From positions 185,544 to 249,543 of the forward strand of contig JAYTOU010000003.1 of assembly GCA_043747615.1 (NCBI GenBank): a stretch of 64,000 nucleotides of DNA. The letters are read 5' to 3'. The translations under genes and the position numbers were made by a program. The notes under the pieces were generated by a model. The model did not search any database. It saw only the letters and a list, made by a program, of their open reading frames with translations, and had not been told where the DNA came from. Origin of the DNA: Myxococcales bacterium (GTDB lineage: Bacteria; Myxococcota_A; Polyangia; Polyangiales; Polyangiaceae). Shown here piece after piece: positions 1 through 10,647 of the stretch. Numbering within the stretch: the first letter of the stretch is position 1; each line of letters opens with the position of its first letter.

Positions 1-2
1 TC

Positions 3-929
3 GGCAGCCTCGCCGAGATGACCGGAGCGCGCATGTGCGCCTCGCCTGCCGAGCTCTTCGCCATGGACGCCGACTTCGTCAGCGTCTGCAGCCCGCCGGC
101 CGCGCACGTGCACCACGCGATCGGCGCGACGAACGGCAAGCGGACGGTCTTCGTGGAGAAGCCGGTGGCCACGACCCACGCCGATCTCGTGCGCATCGGC
201 GGCCTTCGCGACTGCGTACCCGTCGTTCAATGGCGAGCCGGTCGCGCCATCCGAGCGATCCGCGCAGCGGTGCAGCAAGGCTTCTTCGGTCCCGCGCCCG
301 AAGTCACCGCGGATCTCGATTGGGGCCGCGACGAAGCGTATTTTGCGGCGGGGCGCGGCACTCTCGGTGGGTGGGGGTGCGGCGTCCTCCTCTCCGTCGG
401 TGTCCACGCCGTCGATGCCATCTGCTGGACGCTCGGCAGACCGCTCATCGAATCGCGCGGCACCCTCGGATACCGGCCCGGGCTCGAGGTCGAAACTACC
501 GCGCTCGCCACGATGCGCTTTCACGGCGGCGCGCGCGCTAGCGTACGAGCCTCTTTCGACGGCACCAGCGACAGCACGCGCATCTCCTTCAGCGGCGACG
601 GCGTAAGCGCCGTGATCGAGGGCGCCGAGCTCGACCCTACTGCGTCGCGCGTCACGTGGTCGGCGTCCGATCCAAAGGTGCTCGAATCCCTCCTCGCCAT
701 CGAGCGAGCGTCATCGGGCGGGCTCGAACGACCGCTCATCGTTCCGTTTCTGCATGCGGCCATCGCGTCCGCGAGAGACGGCGCGAGGCCCGGAGAAACG
801 GCGGCGCTCCCGTCCATCGAGAGCACGGTCGACGCTCACCGCGCGATCCTCGACGTGTATGCGGGCGCGGTTACGACTCGCTCTTTGCGCCCGCGGCCCA
901 CGAGTCGCGCAGAGAGATCGTTCGGTTGA
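3..929 (+). CDS. Gfo/Idh/MocA family oxidoreductase (5' end outside window)
   Basis: [10 protein letters not shown]...VFVEKP motif and GVHAVD catalytic segment. The frame is open to the window edge and the N-terminal Rossmann motif is missing. Confidence 0.8.
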   Translation, partial: GSLAEMTGARMCASPAELFAMDADFVSVCSPPAAHVHHAIGATNGKRTVFVEKPVATTHADLVRIGGLRDCVPVVQWRAGRAIRAIRAAVQQGFFGPAPEVTADLDWGRDEAYFAAGRGTLGGWGCGVLLSVGVHAVDAICWTLGRPLIESRGTLGYRPGLEVETTALATMRFHGGARASVRASFDGTSDSTRISFSGDGVSAVIEGAELDPTASRVTWSASDPKVLESLLAIERASSGGLERPLIVPFLHAAIASARDGARPGETAALPSIESTVDAHRAILDVYAGAVTTRSLRPRPTSRAERSFG

Positions 930-2550
930 AGACCAGCGCCTCCGGCTTCGAATCCGAGTCGACGCAGAAGTAACCGAGACGCTCGAACTGCAAGCGATCG
1001 AGCGGTTTCGCCGTCGCGAGGCTGGGCTCGAGACGACACCCCGCGAGGATCTCCAGCGAGCCCGGGTTGATGAACTGCGTGAAGTCTGCATCCTTGTCTT
1101 TCAGCGGATTTTCCTCGCGGAAGAGGCGATCGTAAAGCCGCACCTCGGCGGTGACGGCGTGCTCCGCCGAGACCCAGTGGATGGTGCCTTTGACCTTGCG
1201 TCCATCGGGCGCAGCTCCGCCGAGTGACGCGGGATCCCACGTGCAGCGAAGCTCGGTGACCTCGCCCGCCTCGTTCTTAACCACCGACGTGCACGTGATG
1301 AGACACGCGTACCGCAAGCGCACCTCCTGCCCGGGCGCAAGGCGAAACCATTTTTTCGCCGGCACCTCCATGAAGTCCTCGCGCTCGACGTAGAGCACGC
1401 GCGTGAGCGGTACCTTACGCGACGGCCCTTCGGGTTTTTCGGGATCGAAGGGCGCATCGAACGTCTCGACGCGTCCCTCCGCAAAATTCTCGATCACCAC
1501 TTTGAGCGGACGCAGGACCGCCATTACCCGCGGCGAGCGCGCGTTCAGATCTTCCCGAAGCGCGTGCTCGAGCAGCGTCACGTCCACGATCCCGTCGCGG
1601 GTGGAGACGCCAATGCGGTCGCAGAATTTTCGGATCGCCTCGGGCGTGTAGCCGCGCCGGCGCAGCCCAGCGAGGGTCGGCATCCGCGGATCGTCCCAAC
1701 CGTTCACGCGCTTTTCTTCGACGAGCTGCTTCAGCTTTCGCTTCGACTGAATGGTGTACGTGAGATTGAGCTTTGCGAATTCGATCTGCTTCGGCTGCGG
1801 GGCGGGGAAAGCGAGCGCCTCGAGGAACCAGTGGTAGAGCCCGCGGTGGTTGACGAACTCGAGGGTGCAGATGGAGTGCGTGACCCCTTCGATCGCGTCG
1901 GACTGGCCGTGCGCCCAGTCGTACATCGGATAGATGCACCAGGCGTCTCCGGTGCGGTGATGGGCTATCCGCCGAATGCGATACATCACCGGATCGCGGA
2001 GCTTCACGTCGGGTGAGGCGAGATCGATCTTCGCGCGCAGAACGTGCGAGCCGTCCGCGAACTCTCCCTTGCGCATGCGTTCGAAGAGCTCGAGATTTTC
2101 CGCCGGCGAGCGATGCCGGTGCGGGCTGTCCTCGCCGGGCTTGTAGAAGTCGCCGCGGGTCAGACGGATTTCTTCGAGGCTGCGATCATCGACGTAGGCT
2201 TTGCCGTCGTTGATGAGACGAACGGCAAGCTCGTAGAGCTTCTCGAAATAGTCCGACGCGAAGTAGAGCCTATTTTCCCAGTCGAAACCGAGCCAGCGAA
2301 TGTCGTTCTGGATCGCCTCGACGTATTCGACGTCCTCCGTTTCGGGGTTCGTGTCGTCGAAGCGGAGGTTGCATTTGCCGCCGAACTTCGCGGCGAGCCC
2401 GAACTGCAGACAGATGGATTTGGCGTGACCAATGTGGAGGTAGCCGTTCGGCTCGGGGGGAAAACGCGTGACGATCGCCGTGCCGGGCTTCGCGCGTAAC
2501 TCTTCCTCGATGAGGTCTTCGACGAAATTGCCCGGGCCATCCGCTGTCAT
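871..2550 (-). CDS. glnS: Glutamine--tRNA ligase
   Basis: [18 protein letters not shown] (HIGH), [44 protein letters not shown]. Confidence 0.97.
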   Translation of the reverse strand: MTADGPGNFVEDLIEEELRAKPGTAIVTRFPPEPNGYLHIGHAKSICLQFGLAAKFGGKCNLRFDDTNPETEDVEYVEAIQNDIRWLGFDWENRLYFASDYFEKLYELAVRLINDGKAYVDDRSLEEIRLTRGDFYKPGEDSPHRHRSPAENLELFERMRKGEFADGSHVLRAKIDLASPDVKLRDPVMYRIRRIAHHRTGDAWCIYPMYDWAHGQSDAIEGVTHSICTLEFVNHRGLYHWFLEALAFPAPQPKQIEFAKLNLTYTIQSKRKLKQLVEEKRVNGWDDPRMPTLAGLRRRGYTPEAIRKFCDRIGVSTRDGIVDVTLLEHALREDLNARSPRVMAVLRPLKVVIENFAEGRVETFDAPFDPEKPEGPSRKVPLTRVLYVEREDFMEVPAKKWFRLAPGQEVRLRYACLITCTSVVKNEAGEVTELRCTWDPASLGGAAPDGRKVKGTIHWVSAEHAVTAEVRLYDRLFREENPLKDKDADFTQFINPGSLEILAGCRLEPSLATAKPLDRLQFERLGYFCVDSDSKPEALVFNRTISLRDSWAAGAKSES

Positions 2551-2624
2551 GCCGACGACTTTACCCGATGCGGTTCATATGGTCGCAAGTTCGTGGTTCT
2601 TTGCGCTGAACCTGGTGGAGCGGC

Positions 2625-2969
2625 CTACTTGAGGCAGCACTGGAGGAAGCCGTCGCCGCCGTCGTCGCCTCCGTACACCGGGGAATCGCCGCAGCGTCCG
2701 CCCATCGCCATGCACTGAGCGGGTGTGCCTCCGTCGCCATCCATGGTGCACTGCGCGATGCACGTGCCGACGGGTGGAGGCGGCGGCGCGCTGTCGAAGG
2801 TGGCGTCTGGCTGATCGACCGAGGCGGGGTTCATCGCCGAGCTGTCGTGCTCGTACCGACTCGGCGGGTTTACGGTGCCCGGGGGATCCGAAGAGCCTCC
2901 CCCGCCCGCCGACGTACAGCCCGCTCCCGAAGCCACAAGGAAAAGGGCCAACGGGAGCGCGCGTTGCAT
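2625..2969 (-). CDS. Small Cys-rich putative lipoprotein (114 aa)
   Basis: MQRALPLALFLVASGAGC signal/lipobox, Pro/Ser linker, C-terminal six-Cys module ending QCCLK. Confidence 0.6.
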   Translation of the reverse strand: MQRALPLALFLVASGAGCTSAGGGGSSDPPGTVNPPSRYEHDSSAMNPASVDQPDATFDSAPPPPPVGTCIAQCTMDGDGGTPAQCMAMGGRCGDSPVYGGDDGGDGFLQCCLK

Positions 2970-3016
2970 CGCCCGCAGTCTTCGCGCGAGGCGACAGCGG
3001 GCGTCAATGGAGAAAA

Positions 3017-5785
3017 CTACTTGATGCCGCCGCCGCATTGGTTGGAGATGCCGCCGCCGCCGCACGTGGCGGGAGCGAGGCAGGCACCGCAGTCGAGGAG
3101 GTTGCCGCAGCCGTCGGAGACAGGACCGCAGTTCGCGCCCGCCGCCGCGCACGTGCGAGGTGTGCAGCTTGGAGGCACGCACTTGTTGCTGAAGCACGAG
3201 AAGCCAGTCGGGCACGGCCCGCAGTCGAGGAGGTTGCCGCAGTTGTCGCCGAGCGGCCCGCACTGAGTAGCTGGGGCGGGCAACGCGCACGTCCGCGCGG
3301 CGCACGTTCCACCACCGCACACGCCCGGGACGCCGCCGCCACCGCACGTGCCGCCGTCGCACCCGCCGCAATTGACGGAGCCGCCGCAGCCATCCGGGAC
3401 GAACCCGCACTTCGCCGCGCCGCAGCCCTTGGGTGTGCAAGCGACCGACCCGCAGACGCCGGGGGTGCCGCCACCGCCGCACGTTCCGCCGTCACACGTT
3501 CCGCAGCCGCCGGCGATCACATTTCCGCAGCCGTCTCCGGACGGACCGCACGAGATCCCCATCGCAGCGCAGCTCTTCGGCGTGCACACCGGAGGAGGAG
3601 GCGGGACGACGGGAACGACGCAGCTCGCGAGATCGAAGAGCATGAACTCGAGGACTTTTTCCTGCGCCGAGAGCGTGGTTCCGTTGCATTCGGTGGGGAA
3701 GGCGGCTTGGCCGGAGGAGTTGTTGTTCACGTGGAAGTCGCTGTAGAGGACGCGACCGCACTGATTGACTACGCCGCCGTCGCTGGGCGGAATGGGCGTA
3801 TTGAAGGTGTAGTGCTGGGGGACGTTTGGGTAATCGGGGCTCGTCGGATCGACCTTGATCCAACGCTGCGCGACCGTGCCGTTGACGTTCGTCATGTCGT
3901 GACGCGAAACGCTGAGCTTGATTTTCGGGGGGCTCACGTTGCTGAGCGCGTTGACCGAAGGCTGGCCGAGCCAAGACGCGAAAGCGCTGCCCTTGACGAA
4001 CGCACCGCCGTCGGCGAGGAGTAGATCGATGTCACCCAACTGCCCGTTGGGATCGGCCGGGTGCCCCTGGTTGATGTTCCAGTCGGCCGTTCCCGTGAAT
4101 GGCGTGGGCCCGATGCCGGGCGGGCTCGCACCGGACTGGATGTTCGTGAGCCACGTGTAACTGTAGTGCGTGGCGTACATACGGCCGCCCGCCGCGGTGT
4201 AGTCGAGCATGTTCTGCTGCCAGGCAGACGTGTCCGTTCCGGCGCTGGGGGGGACGACCTTCGCGTCCGGGCCACCTTCGCAAGGGAGGAGAACGATGTC
4301 GTACTTCTTGAGCTCCGCGAGCGAGCCGGTCAGAACCGACCAGTCCGTTACGCCTCCGTCAGCCGCGACGGAACCGTTCGCCTGGTAAAGGCGCACGCGA
4401 CCGATCTTGCTCACCGCGGGACTCGTGAACTCGCAGTCGTTGATGCCGATCTTGCGAAGCACGCACTCGAGGGTGTCGACGTCGCCTGTTGCGATGGCGG
4501 TGAGCGGGATGTCTCCCTGGTCGGTGGCGTCGGCGGCGTTGGCCGTGCACGCTCCCGAGGCAATCGATGCCGTCGACCGGGTTGGCAAGTGGGTCTTCGC
4601 TCGCCCCGCGGCCGTCGTCGAAAGATCGACCGTGGTGCATGCGGCCTGCGCCGCGATCGTGACCTCTCGGCGCCAACGACCGAGCTGAATCACGAGCGGA
4701 TAGCTCGTTGCGGCCGGCACGTTGGTCAAGGTGAACTTGCCGTCGAACCCCGTTGTCGCGCTGACGAGCGGACACCCGGAAGCCGTCGCTCCGCATTGGT
4801 CGCACGACACGTTCGGCGCAAACGGAGCGATCGCGCAGTTTGCGACATAGACGAGCGCGCCGTACATGGGCTCGACGCCGTCGGGGGCATAGACGGTCCC
4901 CTTCAGCGTGGTCGGCGACGCCGCGTCGCAGGTGTTCACCTGGTTCAAGCAGAGGCCGGTGCAGGGGGGCGCAGCGTCGAAGCCGCCGCACACGCTTGGC
5001 GTGTTCAAGCCGCACACTTGCCCGCTGGGGCAGCCGCCGGGGAGGCAGTTCGCCGTGAGACCGCCGCAGCCATCTCCCTGGGCGCCGCACGTACCGGAGG
5101 GAAATGCCGCACACGTCTTGGGCGTGCAGATCGCTCCGCCGTCGGGGAGGGAGCCCGTGCCGCAGGTGCTCGGCGCTGATCCTCCGCCGCAGAACGCCGG
5201 CATGGTGCAGGTGCCGCAGTTGACCGTGAGCCCGCCGCAGCCATCGGCGACCGACCCGCAGGTGGGCGCGACCGGGCATCCCGTCGGCACGCAGGCTCCG
5301 CCGTCGGGGGTGATCGTCATTCCTCCGCCGCAGGTGCTCGGGCCGCCGCCTCCGCAATACGCGGGCGCCGCGCAACCGCCGCAATCGACGACGCCGCCGC
5401 AGCCGTCGCCTTGCTTGCCGCAACCGACCGCGAGATCAGCGCACGTCTTCGCCTTGCATCCTGCGACCCCGCCGCACACGCTGGGGGTTCCCCCTCCGCC
5501 GCAAGTCGCCGGAGCCATGCAGCCGCCGCAGTTGACGACGCCGCCGCAGCCGTCTCCCTGCATGCCGCAGCCTACGCCGAGCTTCGCGCACGTCGTTGGG
5601 ACGCAGCCGTTGCCGATCATGCTGTCCATGTCGGTGAATCCGGGCCCCTTACCGTCGAGCCCTTCGTCGGCCGCGTCACCCTGGCCGTTGTCGAAGGTGG
5701 AATCTCCGCTGCTCCCGCACGCCGAGGCGATCGCGGAGAGTGTACTGACAGTGAAGATCGCAAGAAAGACGAATGAAGGGCGCAT
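3017..5785 (-). CDS. Large Cys-rich repeat lipoprotein with central carboxypeptidase-regulatory-like domain
   Basis: MRPSFVFLAIFTVSTLSAIASAC lipobox; eight C..C..CG..GDGCG..CG.C..CGGG..C repeats; core TLKGTVYAPDG...TTGFDGKFTLTNVP...IQLGRWRR. Confidence 0.85.
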   Translation of the reverse strand: MRPSFVFLAIFTVSTLSAIASACGSSGDSTFDNGQGDAADEGLDGKGPGFTDMDSMIGNGCVPTTCAKLGVGCGMQGDGCGGVVNCGGCMAPATCGGGGTPSVCGGVAGCKAKTCADLAVGCGKQGDGCGGVVDCGGCAAPAYCGGGGPSTCGGGMTITPDGGACVPTGCPVAPTCGSVADGCGGLTVNCGTCTMPAFCGGGSAPSTCGTGSLPDGGAICTPKTCAAFPSGTCGAQGDGCGGLTANCLPGGCPSGQVCGLNTPSVCGGFDAAPPCTGLCLNQVNTCDAASPTTLKGTVYAPDGVEPMYGALVYVANCAIAPFAPNVSCDQCGATASGCPLVSATTGFDGKFTLTNVPAATSYPLVIQLGRWRREVTIAAQAACTTVDLSTTAAGRAKTHLPTRSTASIASGACTANAADATDQGDIPLTAIATGDVDTLECVLRKIGINDCEFTSPAVSKIGRVRLYQANGSVAADGGVTDWSVLTGSLAELKKYDIVLLPCEGGPDAKVVPPSAGTDTSAWQQNMLDYTAAGGRMYATHYSYTWLTNIQSGASPPGIGPTPFTGTADWNINQGHPADPNGQLGDIDLLLADGGAFVKGSAFASWLGQPSVNALSNVSPPKIKLSVSRHDMTNVNGTVAQRWIKVDPTSPDYPNVPQHYTFNTPIPPSDGGVVNQCGRVLYSDFHVNNNSSGQAAFPTECNGTTLSAQEKVLEFMLFDLASCVVPVVPPPPPVCTPKSCAAMGISCGPSGDGCGNVIAGGCGTCDGGTCGGGGTPGVCGSVACTPKGCGAAKCGFVPDGCGGSVNCGGCDGGTCGGGGVPGVCGGGTCAARTCALPAPATQCGPLGDNCGNLLDCGPCPTGFSCFSNKCVPPSCTPRTCAAAGANCGPVSDGCGNLLDCGACLAPATCGGGGISNQCGGGIK

Positions 5786-5964
5786 AAGAGCTTCTCCGGC
5801 TCTCTTATTCGCGTGTGCTAAGCCCGGTCTCAGCAACGGTCCGCGATAGAAAGCTTCAATCTGTCAATGAAGCACGTCTCCGCGCTCGCTTCAATCTTTT
5901 CAAGAGAGAACTTGCCCACTTTTGGGGGTGCTTGCGTCAGGCGGATGCTCTCGGCGTTTCAAGC

Positions 5965-7548
5965 TCATTTGCGCTCGAGGATCGTGAAGGGACCAAAGGC
6001 TTCCCTTCTGTCGTACCCCAGCGACTCGAACCATCTCGCGGAGTCGAGCTCGGGGAACGGCGCTTCGCTTGCCACGACCCAGCGTGCCGACCGCGCCTCC
6101 ACGTATGCTCGATCCTCCGCGAGCCATTCGGCACGACGGTAGGCCCGGTTCGGATCGACGAGCGCACCCGTCCAGAAAAAGCGCGCCGTCGAGTGACGCT
6201 CCGCAAACGCGTAGATTTCGGGCTCGTAGCCCCGAACGAGGAGCGTGTCCTCGCGCGCCGCGTTGACGCGTAGCCATGCGCCTGCACGGGCCGCGTCCGT
6301 CATGTCGATGTAGCCGGAGGAGAAACGCGCGGTCAGCTCGTCCCGCGAAATCGCGCCTGCCATCCAGAGCGCCGCGTTCCTCACGCGGAAGAGCCAGATG
6401 TCGTGCGGCGTCATCGCCACGATCAGCGACGCGGTAGTAATCGCGTAACTGGCTGGAAAGAAGCTGGAGAGAGGTGAGCGGCGCGCAGAGACCCAGGCAG
6501 AAGCATCAGCGTAAACGTTGGCGGCCCACGCGCTGAAAGGCAGAACGAGAAGCGCGTAGTGGTAGATGAAAAACTTACCTTGCCAGAAGATCGCCGCGTA
6601 GGCGCACGATGCCGCGGCAAGCGGCCAAGCGTCACGACGTGCGCGCTCCGCATCACCTCGGCGGAGTGCGCCGAGGACGGAGATGACGCTCGCGATCACG
6701 CATACGTACGAGAACGGAATGAACCAATCGATGGCCCGGTACGTCTCGCGTGCAACCTCGCCAACCGAGCCCGTGAGCCGACCGTGCGCAGTGAAATAAC
6801 GGTTCGCGCCAAGGACGACGTCGGTCAGCGACGACAACGCTCCGTGCGCGGAAAAGTAGGTCGCGATGAGCGAGGGGACGAGGGCGGCGCCGCACACGGA
6901 GGCCGCGAAGATTCCAGTGGCGCGCCGTAACGTCACACGTCCGGTACGGCGCGTGTGACCCACGAGGGCCCAGGCGACAAGCGGCGCGAAGCAAAGCGCG
7001 GGCGGTTTTGCCAGGACGGCAAGGCTGAAAAATGCTCCGGCGACGAACGGGACCCAGACGCGGGCGGACGCGCTTCGTGCAGCGACGACGGCGCTCGCTG
7101 CGATGAACAGAGCGCACCAGATTTCGCAATTCGCCGTGTCCTGGAATGGAAAATACCCGAAGTAGAAAACACTCGCGGCGAACATCGCGGCTCCCCGCAC
7201 GCCGTCTCGAGGCCGCGTGCCGGGGCTCGTCGTGAGGAGACCCGCGAGTGCACCGAGGACGAGAACAGCGACGATCTCAGCGGCGCGGATTTGCCACATC
7301 CCCTCCCCTGCGAGCGCGATCAGGGTGGCGTGGAGGGCATGGATGAATGGCGTCTTGTTCTCGTAGAGGTCGCGGTAGGGAACTGCGCCGCGGAGGACCC
7401 ACTCGCGCCCGACGTAGTAGAAGAGCGCTTGATCTCGGCCGAACGGGAACGTCAACGTGACGCTGCCAAACACGGCGGCGGCGACTCCGAGCGCGAGGTC
7501 GACGACGTGCTTCACGTCGGAATCCTGACGCGGCATCACAGGGTCCAC
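5965..7548 (-). CDS. Polytopic GT-C-fold glycosyltransferase (PMT/ArnT-like)
   Basis: GRDQALFYY...PYRDLYENKTP N-terminal loop, about 10 hydrophobic segments, LAKPP, YHY motif. Confidence 0.75.
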   Translation of the reverse strand: MDPVMPRQDSDVKHVVDLALGVAAAVFGSVTLTFPFGRDQALFYYVGREWVLRGAVPYRDLYENKTPFIHALHATLIALAGEGMWQIRAAEIVAVLVLGALAGLLTTSPGTRPRDGVRGAAMFAASVFYFGYFPFQDTANCEIWCALFIAASAVVAARSASARVWVPFVAGAFFSLAVLAKPPALCFAPLVAWALVGHTRRTGRVTLRRATGIFAASVCGAALVPSLIATYFSAHGALSSLTDVVLGANRYFTAHGRLTGSVGEVARETYRAIDWFIPFSYVCVIASVISVLGALRRGDAERARRDAWPLAAASCAYAAIFWQGKFFIYHYALLVLPFSAWAANVYADASAWVSARRSPLSSFFPASYAITTASLIVAMTPHDIWLFRVRNAALWMAGAISRDELTARFSSGYIDMTDAARAGAWLRVNAAREDTLLVRGYEPEIYAFAERHSTARFFWTGALVDPNRAYRRAEWLAEDRAYVEARSARWVVASEAPFPELDSARWFESLGYDRREAFGPFTILERK

Positions 7549-7796
7549 CCGCTGACATTATCATCACAGCGACACTCGGTTTTTCCCGGCGATACGTAGC
7601 TGACCTTTCCAACCATCCGCATTCGCCAGGATCAGCCCAACGGACGCCGTGACGACGCTCGCCGGCTCGGGTTTGGCCATCTTTGCCGACGGCACCGGCA
7701 CCGCGAGCTTCAACCGACCCGTTTCCGTAGTCACGCTGAATTAGCGTCGGTCGACGGCTATGAGGATCCGCCGGCCGCCGTGCTAGATTTTCAATC

Positions 7797-9635
7797 ATGA
7801 AGACCTACCTCGTGGGGTGTACGGCATGCCTTTCGATTTCTCTTGTCGCGTGTACGACCGATGTCCCTGCAAACGGCGCGGGGGGTGACGGTGGTGGATC
7901 GGACGGCGGCGTATCCGTCGACGGCGCCGCACCGTCGTCGTGCGCCGATCCGAACGCCCCGAAATGCGCTCACGGCAAGTGCACCGAAAACGGTGGAGCG
8001 CCCGTCACCTGCGCCTGCGATGCGGGATACACCGGGCCCCTGTGCGCGGACTGTGCAGCCGGCTTCCAAGACAAGGACGCGAACGGAACGTGTGCACCCG
8101 TGTGCGCGCCGACGGCGTGCGGTACCCACAGCGCGTGCTCTGACGCCACGGGCACGGCCACGTGCGCGTGCGTGACCGGGTACTCCCTGAGCGGAACGGC
8201 GTGCACGTGGACGGGTGGTCCGCTCGATCCGGGGTTTCAGAACACGCCGCCGAACGCGTGGACCATGACCGCAGGTCTCGAATTTCATCCGACCGCAGCG
8301 GGCAGCATCGAGCCGGGCATCGTCCACTTCGACAACACGATGATCTGCACCACGAAGGCCCGGGTCACGCAAACGGTGCCCATGCCGCTCTATTCGACGG
8401 CCGAGCCTCTCGCGCTCCGGGTCGTCAACAAGGTGGTCTGCACCGATCTGGGATCGCAGACCTGCACCGAAAGCGGCGGAAGCGACGTCCACGGGATCGG
8501 CGTCTCCCTCAACAAAGGCTTCGTCGAGGTCGCGAGCGCCGATGCCTTCTCGGGACAGGTCCTCTGCCTCGGCGAGCGCGCGTACGGCGGGCCACTCGAG
8601 CTGGTGCTCACCGCTGAAGGAGACTCGTGCGGCGGCGACGTTACGTATGACGCCGTCATCGATCACGCCGACATCGAGCCCACCCCTAGCTGCCCGGTCG
8701 CGGGAGTCATTCCCAACGCGACGTTCGCCACCAGCGATGGTTGGGTGGTCTCCGCGGGTGGCGGCATCGCCGAGATCGTCAACGGCGCGGGGACGGCCGG
8801 TGCGCGCGGCGCTCACGTGCAAGCGATGCACCTTGGAGACGTCCCGAGCGTCTCACAGAACCTTTCGATTCCGGCCGACGCCACGACTTCTCACCTCGCT
8901 CTAACGATGAACTTCACCGGCAACCAAGGAGGCCTTCAAGTCTCGATGGGCGGTCAAGACATCGGCGAGCTCATCGGGGCGAGCGGCGCGCAGGTCGGCA
9001 AGGTGTGCGTGCCCGACTGGGCCAAAGGCATGGTCCTTCCGGTACGAATCGGCGCGGACTTCAGCAACGACGGCGCCGGCGGTGCGAGCACCTTCGACTA
9101 CCGCGACTTCACCTTCGACGCCGTGAAGTGGACGAGCGACCCGACGTGCCCTGCCCCGGCCTCGACCGTCGATCCCGGGTTCGAGCGCACGGATCCGGCG
9201 AGCGCCTGGGTGCTCCACGCATCGAAGGGCTTCAACAGCACCCCGATCTCCGAGATCAAGAACGACGCCGCGGCCCACACCGGCTCGCGCTCGCTGCACC
9301 TCGCGGTGGCAGGCGGCTGCACGAAGGCCACGGCGGTCAACTATTACACCGTTCCCGCAGCGACGAGCACCGAGGGACCGGCGATCAGTTTCTGGTACAA
9401 GGCGCAGGCATCAGCCGGCGGCGAGCTTCGGGCGACGCCCTCGTCCGTAGCGCTCCCCGCAGCAGCGATGTGGACGAAGAAACTCACCTGTCTCGATCCC
9501 AAGACGAGCGGACGAGCCGCGAAGATGCAGCTCATCTTTTCGGCGACGATTCCTACGTGCACGACCACGTTCGCGCAGCTGGACGCGTACGTCGACGACG
9601 TCACGGCGGGCACCGATCCGAGCTGCCCGCACTGA
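7797..9635 (+). CDS. EGF-like-domain lipoprotein with three repeated beta-sandwich-like modules
   Basis: LVAC lipobox; CACDAGYTGPLC and CACVTGY EGF motifs; three ~150-aa modules each ending P(S/T)CP. Confidence 0.8.
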   Translation: MKTYLVGCTACLSISLVACTTDVPANGAGGDGGGSDGGVSVDGAAPSSCADPNAPKCAHGKCTENGGAPVTCACDAGYTGPLCADCAAGFQDKDANGTCAPVCAPTACGTHSACSDATGTATCACVTGYSLSGTACTWTGGPLDPGFQNTPPNAWTMTAGLEFHPTAAGSIEPGIVHFDNTMICTTKARVTQTVPMPLYSTAEPLALRVVNKVVCTDLGSQTCTESGGSDVHGIGVSLNKGFVEVASADAFSGQVLCLGERAYGGPLELVLTAEGDSCGGDVTYDAVIDHADIEPTPSCPVAGVIPNATFATSDGWVVSAGGGIAEIVNGAGTAGARGAHVQAMHLGDVPSVSQNLSIPADATTSHLALTMNFTGNQGGLQVSMGGQDIGELIGASGAQVGKVCVPDWAKGMVLPVRIGADFSNDGAGGASTFDYRDFTFDAVKWTSDPTCPAPASTVDPGFERTDPASAWVLHASKGFNSTPISEIKNDAAAHTGSRSLHLAVAGGCTKATAVNYYTVPAATSTEGPAISFWYKAQASAGGELRATPSSVALPAAAMWTKKLTCLDPKTSGRAAKMQLIFSATIPTCTTTFAQLDAYVDDVTAGTDPSCPH

Positions 9636-10025
9636 GCGAGGCTAGCCGCTTTTTCGGGGGCGCGACCCGTGCGCCGCACCGACGTCAAAGCGGCAAGAGG
9701 CCCTACAGGAGACTTCCGCTTTGCGGAACTCGTCGGGCGCGAAGCTGAAGTAGATGGCAGCTGCGAGACGCGCCTCGTCGTCTCGCGCGCCACCGCCATG
9801 GCGTCGTCAACGGCGGGGCCGACGCGAATCGCGGGACCACTAGCGACCGCACACATCTCACGGAGGAGCGTGGCGTCCCTGCGTCGGTGAGCGCTTTTGG
9901 GTCGCACGAAGCGCGAGCGTGCTCTCGGCGCATTTCGCATTGGCGGTGAGAATGACGTCGTCTTCGCGAGCGCGGAGAGGGTCCGCTTGTTGCACCGAGC
10001 GGCGGCTTCACCGAAAGGGATCCCC

Positions 10026-10613
10026 ATGAATGAAATGACTACGAAGAAAAACGAGACACTCACCACCTACGTCGGCGACGTTCATGCCTTGGTCACTCAC
10101 GGATTGAAGGCCGTCGAGCGCCAGGTCGAGAACCTCAGCCATGTGAGCCACAAGGACGCGAAGCCTGCCGTGCTCGAGGGCAAGCGTGTTCTCGAAGCAC
10201 AGAAATCGGCCCTCGAAGCGCGATTGAAGGCGCTCGGCGGAAGCGCAACGGCTCCGGTAAAGGACGCAGTGGCGGCGGTCGCGGGAATCGCGGCGGGACT
10301 GATCAACGCCGTTCGACCTTCGGAGACGGTCAAATCGCTGCGCGACGATGCGACGTTCTTCAGCGGGCTCGGCGTCGCCTATCTCCTGCTCTACACGACG
10401 GCGTCGGGCCTCGGCGATGCGGAGACCTCGAGTCTCGCGCAGCGCGGCTATGAGGACACCGCACGGATGGTGATGCATCTCGACCGCATCCTTCCGAAGA
10501 TCACCGTCGAGGAGCTGCGCGAGCAGAAGCTCGACGTCTCCGAGGTCAGTGATCGGGTGAAGGCAATGGTCGTGAAGGCGTGGGATCGCACGGCAACCTC
10601 CGCGAGCATCTGA
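10026..10613 (+). CDS. Ferritin-like (DUF892-like) protein
   Basis: AAAGGGA RBS; TYVGDVHAL...ALEARLKALGG...VKDAV...LRDD helical-bundle pattern. Confidence 0.6.
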   Translation: MNEMTTKKNETLTTYVGDVHALVTHGLKAVERQVENLSHVSHKDAKPAVLEGKRVLEAQKSALEARLKALGGSATAPVKDAVAAVAGIAAGLINAVRPSETVKSLRDDATFFSGLGVAYLLLYTTASGLGDAETSSLAQRGYEDTARMVMHLDRILPKITVEELREQKLDVSEVSDRVKAMVVKAWDRTATSASI

Positions 10614-10647
10614 CTGCCGTCCTAACTGCTCCACGCCGGGTGCAACC

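Noticed and set aside
3723..3738. parS-like TTGTTCACGTGGAAGT
   Set aside because: It has four mismatches in the outer arms and lies inside a CDS.
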